DNA from: a bacterium
GTDB taxonomy: Bacteria; RBG-13-61-14; DATKZS01
Assembly: GCA_963674965.2 (NCBI GenBank)
Contig: CAXXFL010000001.1
Coordinates: 1,504,001 to 1,568,000, forward strand
Direction: 5' to 3'
DNA: 64,000 bases
Position numbers and translations under genes: made by a program. The first letter of the stretch is position 1. Each line of letters begins with the position of its first letter. The notes below the pieces were generated by a model. The model was not told the origin of the DNA, did not search any database, and saw only the letters and a list, made by a program, of their open reading frames with translations. Shown in pieces: positions 1-8,878 of this stretch.

Positions 1-542
1 ATGCACACGCCGCAACCGCGGCAACCCCTCGAGTTGCGGTATATCTTCTCCCCTTTCCAGCCGATGTTCTCGCAGCCTCTTTGCATGAGCAGGTTGTTCA
101 TGCCCAGATAATCGTCGTCCTCCTGGCTTATATTGGCGATTTCCTCCACTTCCTCGAAAAGGGGCGCGAGTCCCTCCGGTGTGAGACCCTCAAGCTTCTC
201 CGTCTCGACCCACTCGTCCAGCACGTCGTCGGGCAGCCGGAAGCAGATGGCGGAATTGACCACCGTGGTCCCTCCCACCACCCGGGCCTGCAGGGTGGGA
301 ATGACCATCTTGCCGCCCATGGCCCTCATGCCGCCGTCCCGGTATAGCTGGCGCATGGCCGCCCAGGAGTCGGTGGTGAACCGGTCGGGAGTGATCGGGC
401 TTCCCTCCTCGATGATGACGACCGACTTGCCGGCCCGGGCCAGCCGATGGGCGCAGGAAGCCCCGCCCGCTCCCGTGCCCACCACCACGACGTCGCAATC
501 GAGGCTCAGCTTTCCTTTTATATCCTTGAAGGTCCTGGTCAT
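1..542 (-). CDS. GMC-family FAD-dependent oxidoreductase (5' part; runs off the window)
   Basis: Not in the ORF track. Manual translation from the ATG at 542 gives MTRTFKDIKGKLSLDCDVVVVGTGAGGASCAHRLARAGKSVVIIEEG (Rossmann GxGxGG), later GRVVGGTTVVNS; ATGA overlap with the upstream gene. Confidence 0.85.
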   Translation of the reverse strand, partial: MTRTFKDIKGKLSLDCDVVVVGTGAGGASCAHRLARAGKSVVIIEEGSPITPDRFTTDSWAAMRQLYRDGGMRAMGGKMVIPTLQARVVGGTTVVNSAICFRLPDDVLDEWVETEKLEGLTPEGLAPLFEEVEEIANISQEDDDYLGMNNLLMQRGCENIGWKGEKIYRNSRGCRGCGVC

Positions 543-991
543 GAACCGGCCTCCTCGCATTTGAGATGGAAGTCCATTTTTTCGAGCACGAGCGGGTCGT
601 TATAAAAGCCCAGGCCGATGATGGTCTTTAAAAGGACCACCACCATGCGCCGGTAGTAAAGGCGGGAGTCGGACCAGTCGTGAAGATATAACTCCTGCTC
701 TTGGGGGGATAGGCGGGTGAAGCGCGAAAATCTTTGAATAAAAAGAAAAGGAGCCAGGTCGAAGGCCAGAAGGAGGGCCTTGATGCCAAGACGGGAACCG
801 GAATCCAGGTCTCGAAGATACCTGGCAACGGCCTTGTAGGCGTCGGTCTCCTCGACGCTTACGTCGATAAGGCCCCCCGCGGGAATAAGACGCCCCGCCA
901 GTTGCTCGATGATTTTGCCCACGCGCGGCCCCACGGCGGGATGGCCGCCGGGCAGGGTCACGTCGGCCGCGTACTCCCAGGCCCTTGACAT
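539..991 (-). CDS. Small helical partner of the GMC oxidoreductase (gluconate-2-dehydrogenase subunit 3-like)
   Basis: 150 aa with RFTRLSPQEQELYL...W..S...RR...LK.....GFY pattern; translationally coupled to the GMC gene. Confidence 0.6.
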   Translation of the reverse strand: MSRAWEYAADVTLPGGHPAVGPRVGKIIEQLAGRLIPAGGLIDVSVEETDAYKAVARYLRDLDSGSRLGIKALLLAFDLAPFLFIQRFSRFTRLSPQEQELYLHDWSDSRLYYRRMVVVLLKTIIGLGFYNDPLVLEKMDFHLKCEEAGS

Positions 992-1100
992 ATTTTGCCC
1001 CTTTTCGACTTTCGATTTTCAAGGCCAAGTCTAGCAGATTTGATCGCGAGGGGAAATAGGAAAGAGCGGCCCGGCCGTCCAGGCGCTCGAGAGTACAATG

Positions 1101-2024
1101 TCACCTCCATTTGTCCAGGTCCTCCAGCGAAAGAGGCTCCGGACAAATGACGTCGATGGGAGATTTTCCGGAGGGGCCGGCAAAAGCCAGCCGGTAGGCC
1201 TGGAGAGCGAAGGACCTCGAGCCGGGCGTCGGGTCCTCGCCGTACCTGTCGTCTCCCAGCACCGGGTGTCCCAAGAGGGCCATGTGGGCGCGAAGTTGAT
1301 GAGTGACGCCCGTGACCAGATCGAGTTCGACCAGCGAGGTCCCCTTATCATGGCCCAGCACCTTGTACCTGGTCAACGTCGGCCGTGGCTCGCCTCTGTA
1401 TTTAACGCCGGGCGTGACCGCCACCATGAGCCCTTTTCGTGAAGAGTGATGAGCCAGGGGGGTCTTGATCTCGCCGCTCGCCGACTTGAAACGGCCACCC
1501 ACCAGAGCCCGGTAAATTTTAGTAACCCGCCGCATGCTCACGTCGTGACGCAAAAAATCGAAGGATTTCCGGTTCTTGGCGAAAAGGACCAGGCCGAAGG
1601 TACCGGCGTCCAGGCGATGAATAAGGCCCGGCTCGAGTTCCTTGTCTCCCACGCCGCGAAGCTTCGGATACTCGGCCACAACCCCGTTCACCAGGGACCC
1701 GGTTTCCTCGGGCGAAAGAGGCTGGGTGGGTATGCCGCTTGGCTTGTTGACGATTAGAACGTCGTCGTCTTCATATACGATCTCGACGGCAATGGAATCG
1801 TCGGCCAGGGGTATGGGTCCCGTTTCGGCCAGGACGACCTCGACCACGTCGCCGACCGACAACTGGCGGCCTTTTTTCGACCTGACGCCATTGACGAGCA
1901 CCCGGCCGCCGGCGATAATATCGCGCACGCTGGACATGGAATAAGAAGGCAGGTTGCGATGGAGCCACCTGTCCAGTCGGTCGGGACCGTTTTCCACGAT
2001 GTCTTCCCAGTGGTTTTTTTCCAT
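1101..2024 (-). CDS. RluA/RluD-family RNA pseudouridine synthase
   Basis: N-terminal S4 domain (RLDRWL), VNKPSG, HRLD catalytic motif, TGxTHQLRAH, HPVLGD. Confidence 0.92.
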   Translation of the reverse strand: MEKNHWEDIVENGPDRLDRWLHRNLPSYSMSSVRDIIAGGRVLVNGVRSKKGRQLSVGDVVEVVLAETGPIPLADDSIAVEIVYEDDDVLIVNKPSGIPTQPLSPEETGSLVNGVVAEYPKLRGVGDKELEPGLIHRLDAGTFGLVLFAKNRKSFDFLRHDVSMRRVTKIYRALVGGRFKSASGEIKTPLAHHSSRKGLMVAVTPGVKYRGEPRPTLTRYKVLGHDKGTSLVELDLVTGVTHQLRAHMALLGHPVLGDDRYGEDPTPGSRSFALQAYRLAFAGPSGKSPIDVICPEPLSLEDLDKWR

Positions 2025-2096
2025 GCTATAAAAATCCGTTTTTGACCTCTCGATTAACGAGAGTAACTTTGGGCCTGATCCGCCGGACTCCCGCCG

Positions 2097-2969
2097 TTAT
2101 TTTGGAGAGGTCTGGTTTTCCATCAGGGCGGGGTCGAAATGGACCTTGGGCGGCGCGGGGTTGGCGTCGTAGAGCTTGATGTTGGGAAGCGGCCCGGCCT
2201 TGTCCTTGTTTTTTTCCCACCAGTCCTTCCACCTGGCAAGGTCCGTACCGTAATCGAGTCCGGTGATTTTTTTAAGGGCGCTCGCCGCTTCCTCCCGGCA
2301 TTTGTTGGCCTCGTCCTCCAAGGCGAGGGCCTTGGCTTCGTCGCCTATCGACCGAAGGGAAGGGGCCATCTGGGCCTTCATAAAGGCGTCGTCCATGTAT
2401 TTGATTAATGCCGGCACGGCGCGGGGGTCCTTGATCTCGCCCAGGGCATAGGCGTAGAGCGAGCGGAACTCGAGGGAGTCGTTAACGAGAGCGCGACTAA
2501 GCTCGTCCACCGACTTGGGTCCCATGCCGATCAACTCCTGGACCGCGGCGTTGCGGTTCGAGTCGACCTTGGCCTGCATGGCCGCCAGTCCCTGGGTCGG
2601 GTCGGGCGTAACGGTGAAATTCTCGTTCCTGGTCCCATCGGGATTGAACGGCTGGTGATCGGGCGGGGCCTGTACCTCACCGTTGTTGATGATGACCACG
2701 CCCGAGGGATGGCTTTCGATTACGCCTATTAGCTCCCTGACTCTGGCGTCGGCCGCGGGATCGGGCTTGTGGTTTTTAGTGCGCTCGAAGTCGGCCGTGG
2801 ATTTGGGATTGGTTTTGGACGCCGGCTCCTTTTGAGGTTTGTTTTTGTTTTCGGCGTTGTCTTTATTTTTCTTCTTTGGTTTCCAGGCCGCGCTCGCCTG
2901 GGGGCAGGCGGCAAGCAAAAGCGTTATTATCGCCAGCATGGCGGCGAGTCGCGACGGGATCGTATTCAT
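2097..2969 (-). CDS. Exported HEAT-repeat protein
   Basis: Start placed at ATG 2969 with GGAGG RBS; signal peptide/possible lipobox LLLAAC; AYALGEIKDPRAVPALI HEAT motif; C-terminal LKKITGLDYGTDLARWKDWW. Confidence 0.7.
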   Translation of the reverse strand: MNTIPSRLAAMLAIITLLLAACPQASAAWKPKKKNKDNAENKNKPQKEPASKTNPKSTADFERTKNHKPDPAADARVRELIGVIESHPSGVVIINNGEVQAPPDHQPFNPDGTRNENFTVTPDPTQGLAAMQAKVDSNRNAAVQELIGMGPKSVDELSRALVNDSLEFRSLYAYALGEIKDPRAVPALIKYMDDAFMKAQMAPSLRSIGDEAKALALEDEANKCREEAASALKKITGLDYGTDLARWKDWWEKNKDKAGPLPNIKLYDANPAPPKVHFDPALMENQTSPK

Positions 2970-3009
2970 GGTTCCTCCGGCGTTTGTGGGAGGAGGGAAA
3001 TGAGGGGAA

Positions 3010-3204
3010 TTATTTTTTCTGAACGTCCAGGGTCCCGGTCTGGGGGTCCATGACGATCTTATAGGAGACGTCTTTATCCTTGAAAGACGTGGTATGATCG
3101 AAGTTCGTTCTAACCTCGGTAACCAAGTACTTAAGGTAATCTTTTCGCTCCTCACGCATCCTTTTGAGCGCCTCGATTCCGTCTGGGTCCCCTGTAAATT
3201 TCAT
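3010..3204 (-). CDS. Small hypothetical protein (~64 aa)
   Basis: MKFTGDPDGIEALKRMREERKDYLKYL..., purine-rich RBS, co-oriented directly upstream of the HEAT gene. Confidence 0.6.
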   Translation of the reverse strand: MKFTGDPDGIEALKRMREERKDYLKYLVTEVRTNFDHTTSFKDKDVSYKIVMDPQTGTLDVQKK

Positions 3205-3341
3205 TTCCCCGTTCTCCAAGCGGTGCAGTCAATGGCCAATTCAATATCGACCCTATTATGGCACAGTGAGATTTCAGGCGCAAGTGGCCATATAAATGAT
3301 CCTCGACTCAAACAAAAAATCCTTGAAGTATCTTTTTAAGA

Positions 3342-3370
3342 TTGACAGGCGAAGTATCTAAGGTTACAAT
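3342..3370 (+). promoter_or_regulatory. Sigma70-type promoter for the SPOR gene
   Basis: TTGACA (3342-3347), 17 nt, TACAAT (3365-3370). Confidence 0.75.
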
Positions 3371-3534
3371 GTAAACGTCGGTCCAAAAAGCCGGCGTCGC
3401 TCTTTTTGACAAAAAGGTTTTCCGGGTACGAAAGTCGATCTTTCGTGCTCCATGATGAAGCTGAAAGCTAGTTATCGACGCTGAAGTGATTTATGTGAAC
3501 GTTGACGCAATCGAAGCAGAGGAGGAATAAGGTT

Positions 3535-4290
3535 ATGGAAAAACTTGGCGACGCGAAGAATCGTTATGAGTTCGCCCTCGACGGCCGCCAGGCCGGTCTC
3601 ATCGTATCGGGTCTTATCCTGGTGCTTATGCTTTCCTTTTTAATGGGTACCCTTTTCGGCCGCAATCTGGCCGCCACGCCCGATGATAATTCCATGAATC
3701 TTGCCTCGTCCCAACTGGTAGTCGAGGAAGGAACGGCAAAAGGCGCGGACATGGCCGTTACCGGTGAGGAGTCCGCCGCTCCCGAGGCCGGCGGTGAATC
3801 GAATCCTGAGAACTGGCCGGTTGGTTCCGAAGCCTCCCGTGACGATTTTATCAAGGAACTGGAGAGCATGAAGGTCCCCACCAAGGTTGAGGAGGGCGAG
3901 GACATGGAGGGAGACCCCATAGCCCCCATGCTGGCCAGCATGAAGGTGGAAGAGCCGGCCTCCGATGAAACCGAGAAGACCGAGCAGCCGGCCCCCAAAC
4001 CCGAGCCGGAGAAAGCGGTCAAGCCCGCCGCTCCCAAGGCGCCCGTGGTCGCGGGCTCCTATACCATCCAGTTGGCGTCCTTCCCGGAAAAAGGAGACGC
4101 CGACTCCCTGGTGGAAGACCTGCAGGGGAAAAAATACGACGCCTACCTGTTGCACGTGGCCATTCCCGGCAAGGGCTCTTTTTATCGAGTCAGGGTGGGC
4201 CATTACAAGGACCTTGACCAGGCCGAAAAAGCCAGAAGGATTCTCCAGGCAAGAGAAGGAAAATTTTTCGACGCCTGGATAACTCAATAA
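3535..4290 (+). CDS. SPOR-domain cell-division protein (FtsN/DedD-like)
   Basis: Single N-terminal TM, acidic/Pro linker, C-terminal YTIQLASF...YRVRVG; GAGGAGG RBS before ATG 3535. Confidence 0.85.
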   Translation: MEKLGDAKNRYEFALDGRQAGLIVSGLILVLMLSFLMGTLFGRNLAATPDDNSMNLASSQLVVEEGTAKGADMAVTGEESAAPEAGGESNPENWPVGSEASRDDFIKELESMKVPTKVEEGEDMEGDPIAPMLASMKVEEPASDETEKTEQPAPKPEPEKAVKPAAPKAPVVAGSYTIQLASFPEKGDADSLVEDLQGKKYDAYLLHVAIPGKGSFYRVRVGHYKDLDQAEKARRILQAREGKFFDAWITQ

Positions 4291-4474
4291 GCTTAGGGAT
4301 TTGAAGCTCCGGCGCTTGCCGGCGCCCGGCTATATCGTCCAGGTTTTGGCGGCGAAAACGGCACAAACCGTTTTCGCCGCTTTTGCTGCCTGGCCTTTTC
4401 TCCGATCGTGTTTTGCTTAAGGCCCCGCTTTGAGATATAAATTCAGGTAAGGTCTCTTTGCTTGGAGGCAATTG

Positions 4475-4930
4475 ATGATTGACGGAGTGATCGTAAAAAG
4501 GCTGAAGGTAATCCCCGACGAGCGCGGACGTTTGATGGAGATGCTCAGAAAGGACGACCCTTTTTTCAGCGAGTTTGGTCAGACCTACATGACCACGGCC
4601 TATCCGGGGGTGGTCAAGGCCTGGCATTATCACCGCTTCCAGACTGACCACTTTACCGTGGTCAAGGGCATGGCCAAGGTCGTGCTTTACGACGACCGGG
4701 AAGGATCGAGCACGCAAGGAGAAGTAAACGAGTTCTTTATGGGCGAGCACAACCCCATCCTGGTCAGGATTCCCAACGGGGTTTACCACGGGTTCAAAAA
4801 CATCTGCGGCGAGGAATGCATCATCGTTAACTGTCCGGACAAGACCTATAATTATGACGACCCGGACGAGGTCAGAAGGGACCCCAATGACGAGTCGATA
4901 CCCTACGACTGGTCGAGAAAAGACGGCTGA
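4475..4930 (+). CDS. rmlC: dTDP-4-dehydrorhamnose 3,5-epimerase family
   Basis: DERG, VVKAWHYH, GVYHGF cupin motifs; upstream of rmlB. Confidence 0.85.
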   Translation: MIDGVIVKRLKVIPDERGRLMEMLRKDDPFFSEFGQTYMTTAYPGVVKAWHYHRFQTDHFTVVKGMAKVVLYDDREGSSTQGEVNEFFMGEHNPILVRIPNGVYHGFKNICGEECIIVNCPDKTYNYDDPDEVRRDPNDESIPYDWSRKDG

Positions 4931-4984
4931 ACCCGGTCGGCCGGCCGGCGCTTAAGCTTTAAGACGGGAAGAAGTGGTGACCTC

Positions 4985-6034
4985 TTGAAGATACTAGTCA
5001 CCGGGGGGGCCGGGTTCATCGGCTCCAATTTTATCAGGACCCTTCTGAAGGAAACCGACTCCCACTCGGTTATAAACCTCGACGCCCTTACCTACGCGGG
5101 CAACCTCGAGAACCTCTCGGACCTCGAGCGTGACGAGAGGTACAGGTTCGTGAAAGGCGACGTTCGGGACGGCCGTCTCTTGGAGAAGCTTTTCTCGAGC
5201 CGGGTGGACGCGGTGGTCAACTTCGCGGCCGAGTCCCACGTGGACCGCAGTATCGATAACCCGGCCCAGTTCCTCGATACCAACGTGGGCGGGACCATGA
5301 AGCTTCTCGAGGCCTCGCTCAAGGCGGACGTCAGGGTCTTTCTTCAGGTATCGACCGACGAGGTGTACGGGTCGCTGGGCCCGACCGGCCGCTTTACCGA
5401 GGATTCTCCCATGCGGCCCAACTCTCCCTACGCCGCCTCGAAGGCCTCGGCCGACCTTCTCGTCCGGGCGTGGCACAAGACCTATGGACTGCCGGCGGTC
5501 ATTACCAGGAGCTCGAATAATTACGGGCCTTACCAGTTCCCGGAAAAGTTCATTCCCCTGTTCGTCACCAACGCCATCGAGAGAAAAAAACTTCCCCTTT
5601 ACGGCGACGGTTTGAACGTAAGGGACTGGATACACGCGCGCGACAACTGCCGGGCCATTCTTCTGGCCCTCGAGGAGGGCTCGCCCGGCGAGGTCTACAA
5701 TATCGGAGGGAACGAGGAAAGGACGAACCTCGAGGTGGCGCGGTCCATACTGGATATCCTGGAAAAACCGCGCGACCTCATCAGGCTGGTGGAGGACAGG
5801 CCCGGGCACGACCGGAGGTACGCGCTCGATTCTTCCAAAATCGAGGAGCTTGGCTTCGAGAGGGAGTTCGGCTTTGAGGACGGACTGGCGGCCACCGTCA
5901 AGTGGTACGTGAAGAACAAGGAGTGGTGGAAAAGGATTAAAAGCGGCGAGTACGCCGAGTATTATAAAAAGATGTACGGCGCGAGACTGAAGGGTCCGGA
6001 CGCGGGCTCGCGGAAGAAGAACGGGCGGTCATGA
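4985..6034 (+). CDS. rmlB: dTDP-glucose 4,6-dehydratase
   Basis: [50 protein letters not shown]. Confidence 0.95.
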   Translation: MKILVTGGAGFIGSNFIRTLLKETDSHSVINLDALTYAGNLENLSDLERDERYRFVKGDVRDGRLLEKLFSSRVDAVVNFAAESHVDRSIDNPAQFLDTNVGGTMKLLEASLKADVRVFLQVSTDEVYGSLGPTGRFTEDSPMRPNSPYAASKASADLLVRAWHKTYGLPAVITRSSNNYGPYQFPEKFIPLFVTNAIERKKLPLYGDGLNVRDWIHARDNCRAILLALEEGSPGEVYNIGGNEERTNLEVARSILDILEKPRDLIRLVEDRPGHDRRYALDSSKIEELGFEREFGFEDGLAATVKWYVKNKEWWKRIKSGEYAEYYKKMYGARLKGPDAGSRKKNGRS

Positions 6035-6873
6035 AGGTCCTGGTGCTGGGCTCGGGCGGCCTGCTCGGCCGGGCCGTATCCCTGGAACTCGATCGCTTCC
6101 ACGCCGTCGAGAAACGAACCAGACGGGACTACGACCTTCTTGATTACGCGTCCCTTAGGGCCGACCTCGAGTCGACAAGACCCGAGGCGGTAATCAACTG
6201 CGCGGGCTACGCCAGGGTGGACGACGCGGAGGACGACGAGGACTCGGCCCGCGAGATAAACGTAAGGGCCGCGGCCGCCATGGCGGAAAAATGCTCGGAG
6301 CTTGGGATTCGGCTCGTCCATTTCAGCAGCGATTACGTGTTCGACGGGAGGAAGGGACCGCCCTACAAGGAGGACGACGCGCCCAACCCTCTCAACGTTT
6401 ATGGCCGGACCAAGCTCGAGTCCGAGCGGGAGGTCCTGGCGGCGCTGCCTTCCTCCTCCCTGATAATCAGGACCAGTTGGCTTTTCGGGAAAGGCGGAAA
6501 AAGCTTCGTCGGCACGCTGCTCGGACGTTATGAGGAGGGAGTAAGGAAATTCCGGATCGTGTCCGACCAGGTGGGACGGCCGACCTACGCGCCCGACTTG
6601 TCCCGCGCGGTGAGGCTTTGCCTTGAAAAGGGCCTGACGGGGATTTATCATGCCTGTAACGAGGGAGAGGTGAGTTGGCACGGTCTTGCCCTGGCCCTGT
6701 TCGAGGCCGCGGGCCTGGCGGACGAGGTCGAGGTCGAGGCCATCGTGGCGGGTCAATTCCCGGCCCGGGCAGTGAGGCCCGCCCGCTCCGTCCTTGACAC
6801 GGGGAAACTGTCCGGCGCCGGGATCGAGCTGCCGGATTTCAGGGACGCGCTCAGGCGCTGGTTCGGCGGCTGA
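6031..6873 (+). CDS. rmlD: dTDP-4-dehydrorhamnose reductase
   Basis: GSGGLLG, SSDYVFDG, PLNVYGRTK, DQVGRPT; ATGA overlap with rmlB. Confidence 0.93.
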   Translation: MKVLVLGSGGLLGRAVSLELDRFHAVEKRTRRDYDLLDYASLRADLESTRPEAVINCAGYARVDDAEDDEDSAREINVRAAAAMAEKCSELGIRLVHFSSDYVFDGRKGPPYKEDDAPNPLNVYGRTKLESEREVLAALPSSSLIIRTSWLFGKGGKSFVGTLLGRYEEGVRKFRIVSDQVGRPTYAPDLSRAVRLCLEKGLTGIYHACNEGEVSWHGLALALFEAAGLADEVEVEAIVAGQFPARAVRPARSVLDTGKLSGAGIELPDFRDALRRWFGG

Positions 6874-6907
6874 TTATCCCCGCCGGGACCGGAAAAGGAG
6901 AAATATC

Positions 6908-7477
6908 ATGGCCGACCGTCGAGTGTGCCTTTGGTGCGGCCGGGGACCGGAGAGTTCGGTAAAATTAATTCCCGGCCCGGTCATGAACATTTGCGAGGAA
7001 TGCGTCGGCCGTCTTTCAGGCGCGGTCAGGGAGGAAGAGGCCACCCTGGCGGCGAAGGTCAGGGAAGAGATCGACGCGGCGGTGCAGAAAAGCTTTCAGG
7101 GCATGGTCAAGCAACTGAACCTTGGTCCTCTCCAGGACAAGTACCAGCGCCTTATGCGCGTCAAGTTCAAGGAGGAGCCGGGCAGCCCCTCTTTCCTCGA
7201 GGTGTTCCAGGAGTTCAAGAAGGGAGTCGAGGCCGAGGTGGCGGGCGACGACTACGAGACGAGGTATGACCTTGCCATCGCCTATCACGAGATGGGCCTC
7301 GCGGAGGACGCCTTCCGTGAAATGCTAAGAAGCTTGAGAGGATCGCTGAGGCAAAAGGATTTCGACCGGTCCGCCGAGATCATAAGCGCCCTGCTGTATT
7401 TTCACGGCGACTCGAGCCGGGCCATCTCGGGAATTTACAGGGTTCTGGGAGAGGCCGGGATCGAGCCGGCCAAATAG
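6908..7477 (+). CDS. ClpX-type C4 zinc finger fused to a TPR/FimV-C-like helical domain
   Basis: AAGGAG RBS before ATG 6908; CLWC...LIPGP..NICEECV; FQEFKKGV...DDYETRYDLAIAYHEMGL. Confidence 0.7.
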   Translation: MADRRVCLWCGRGPESSVKLIPGPVMNICEECVGRLSGAVREEEATLAAKVREEIDAAVQKSFQGMVKQLNLGPLQDKYQRLMRVKFKEEPGSPSFLEVFQEFKKGVEAEVAGDDYETRYDLAIAYHEMGLAEDAFREMLRSLRGSLRQKDFDRSAEIISALLYFHGDSSRAISGIYRVLGEAGIEPAK

Positions 7478-7495
7478 GTATAAAGAGGTGTTGAT

Positions 7496-8809
7496 TTGAA
7501 TATCTGCGTGATCGGGACCGGATACGTTGGACTGGTGGCTGGCACCTGCCTGGCCGAGAGCGGCAACGAGGTCGTTTGCGTCGACGTTGACGAGTCCAAG
7601 ATTAACAAGCTTAAAAAGGGCGAGTCGCCCATTTACGAGCGGGGCCTCGAGGAATTGCTCGAGAGGAACGTCAAAGAGGGCCGGCTCAGGTTCTCGACCA
7701 GGCTCGAGGAGGGCGTGCCCGAGGCGGAGGTGGTTTTCATCGCGGTGGGAACGCCACCCGGCGAGGACGGGGCCGCCGACCTGTCGGCCATCTTCGCGGT
7801 GGCCGAGGGAGTGGCGGACCTCGTGTCCGATGGGACGGTGGTGGTGATAAAGTCCACCGTCCCAGTGGGAACCACCGAGCGCGTTGGGGAGACGATCGCC
7901 GGGCGGACCAAGGCTTCCTTCGACATGGTCATGAACCCGGAGTTCATGAAGGAGGGAGCGGCGGTTGACGATTTCATGAAGCCCGACCGGGTGGTCTTAG
8001 GCACGAAAAGCGAAAAAGCCGCCAAGCTGATGACCGAGCTTTACGAGCCCTTCGTCAGGACGGAAAAGCCCATCCTGGTCATGGAACCCAACAGCGCGGA
8101 GATGACCAAGTACGCGGCCAACTCCCTTTTGGCCACCAAAATTAGTTTCATCAACGAGATAGCCTCGATTTGCGAGAGCCTGGACGCGGACGTGAACGAC
8201 GTGAGACGGGGCATCGGTTTCGACGCCCGCATCGGTTTCCAGTTCCTGTTTCCGGGCCTAGGCTATGGCGGCTCCTGTTTTCCCAAGGACGTGGACGCCC
8301 TGGTAAGGACCGCGTCCGCCTCGGGCGCCGAGCCGGCCGTTCTCAAGGCGGTCCAGCTAGTCAACCGGGCCCAGCGTGAGAGGATGGCCGCCCGTATCCT
8401 CGGGCATTTTCCCGATGGGATCAAGGACCCCATCGCCATCTGGGGGCTCTCTTTCAAGCCCCAGACCGACGACGTCCGCGAGGCGCCGTCCCTGGATATA
8501 ATCCGGGCCCTGCTTAAAGCCGGGGCCGAGGTCCGGGCCTACGACCCGGTGGCTGGAGAGAACGCGGAAAAGGAACTGGGAGACCAGGTCATCTTCTGCG
8601 ATACGGCTTATGAGGCCCTGGGCGGAGCGGTGGCCCTGGTCATCGTTACCGAGTGGAACGAGTTTCGCCGTCCCAATTTCAAGCGCATGAAAAGCCTGAT
8701 GAAGAGCCCGGTAATCTTCGACGGCAGAAACCTTTACGATCCCGCGTCCATGGCCGAGCGGGGCTTTACCTATTTCTCGGTCGGCCGAAGAACGGTCCGC
8801 CCGGAATAG
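7496..8809 (+). CDS. ugd: UDP-glucose 6-dehydrogenase
   Basis: GTGYVGL, KSTVPVGT, NPEF, GYGGSCFPKD, SFKPQTDDVRE, DGRN. Confidence 0.95.
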   Translation: MNICVIGTGYVGLVAGTCLAESGNEVVCVDVDESKINKLKKGESPIYERGLEELLERNVKEGRLRFSTRLEEGVPEAEVVFIAVGTPPGEDGAADLSAIFAVAEGVADLVSDGTVVVIKSTVPVGTTERVGETIAGRTKASFDMVMNPEFMKEGAAVDDFMKPDRVVLGTKSEKAAKLMTELYEPFVRTEKPILVMEPNSAEMTKYAANSLLATKISFINEIASICESLDADVNDVRRGIGFDARIGFQFLFPGLGYGGSCFPKDVDALVRTASASGAEPAVLKAVQLVNRAQRERMAARILGHFPDGIKDPIAIWGLSFKPQTDDVREAPSLDIIRALLKAGAEVRAYDPVAGENAEKELGDQVIFCDTAYEALGGAVALVIVTEWNEFRRPNFKRMKSLMKSPVIFDGRNLYDPASMAERGFTYFSVGRRTVRPE

Positions 8810-8878
8810 GCGCGGGCGGGGCAATATTATTATCCTCATCCGCGGGATGCCTTCTTTATTTTGAAAGGACCTTATTAA

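Noticed and set aside
1590-1625. RluA motif variant HRLDAGTFG
   Set aside because: Catalytic Asp is intact; not enough to claim a pseudoenzyme
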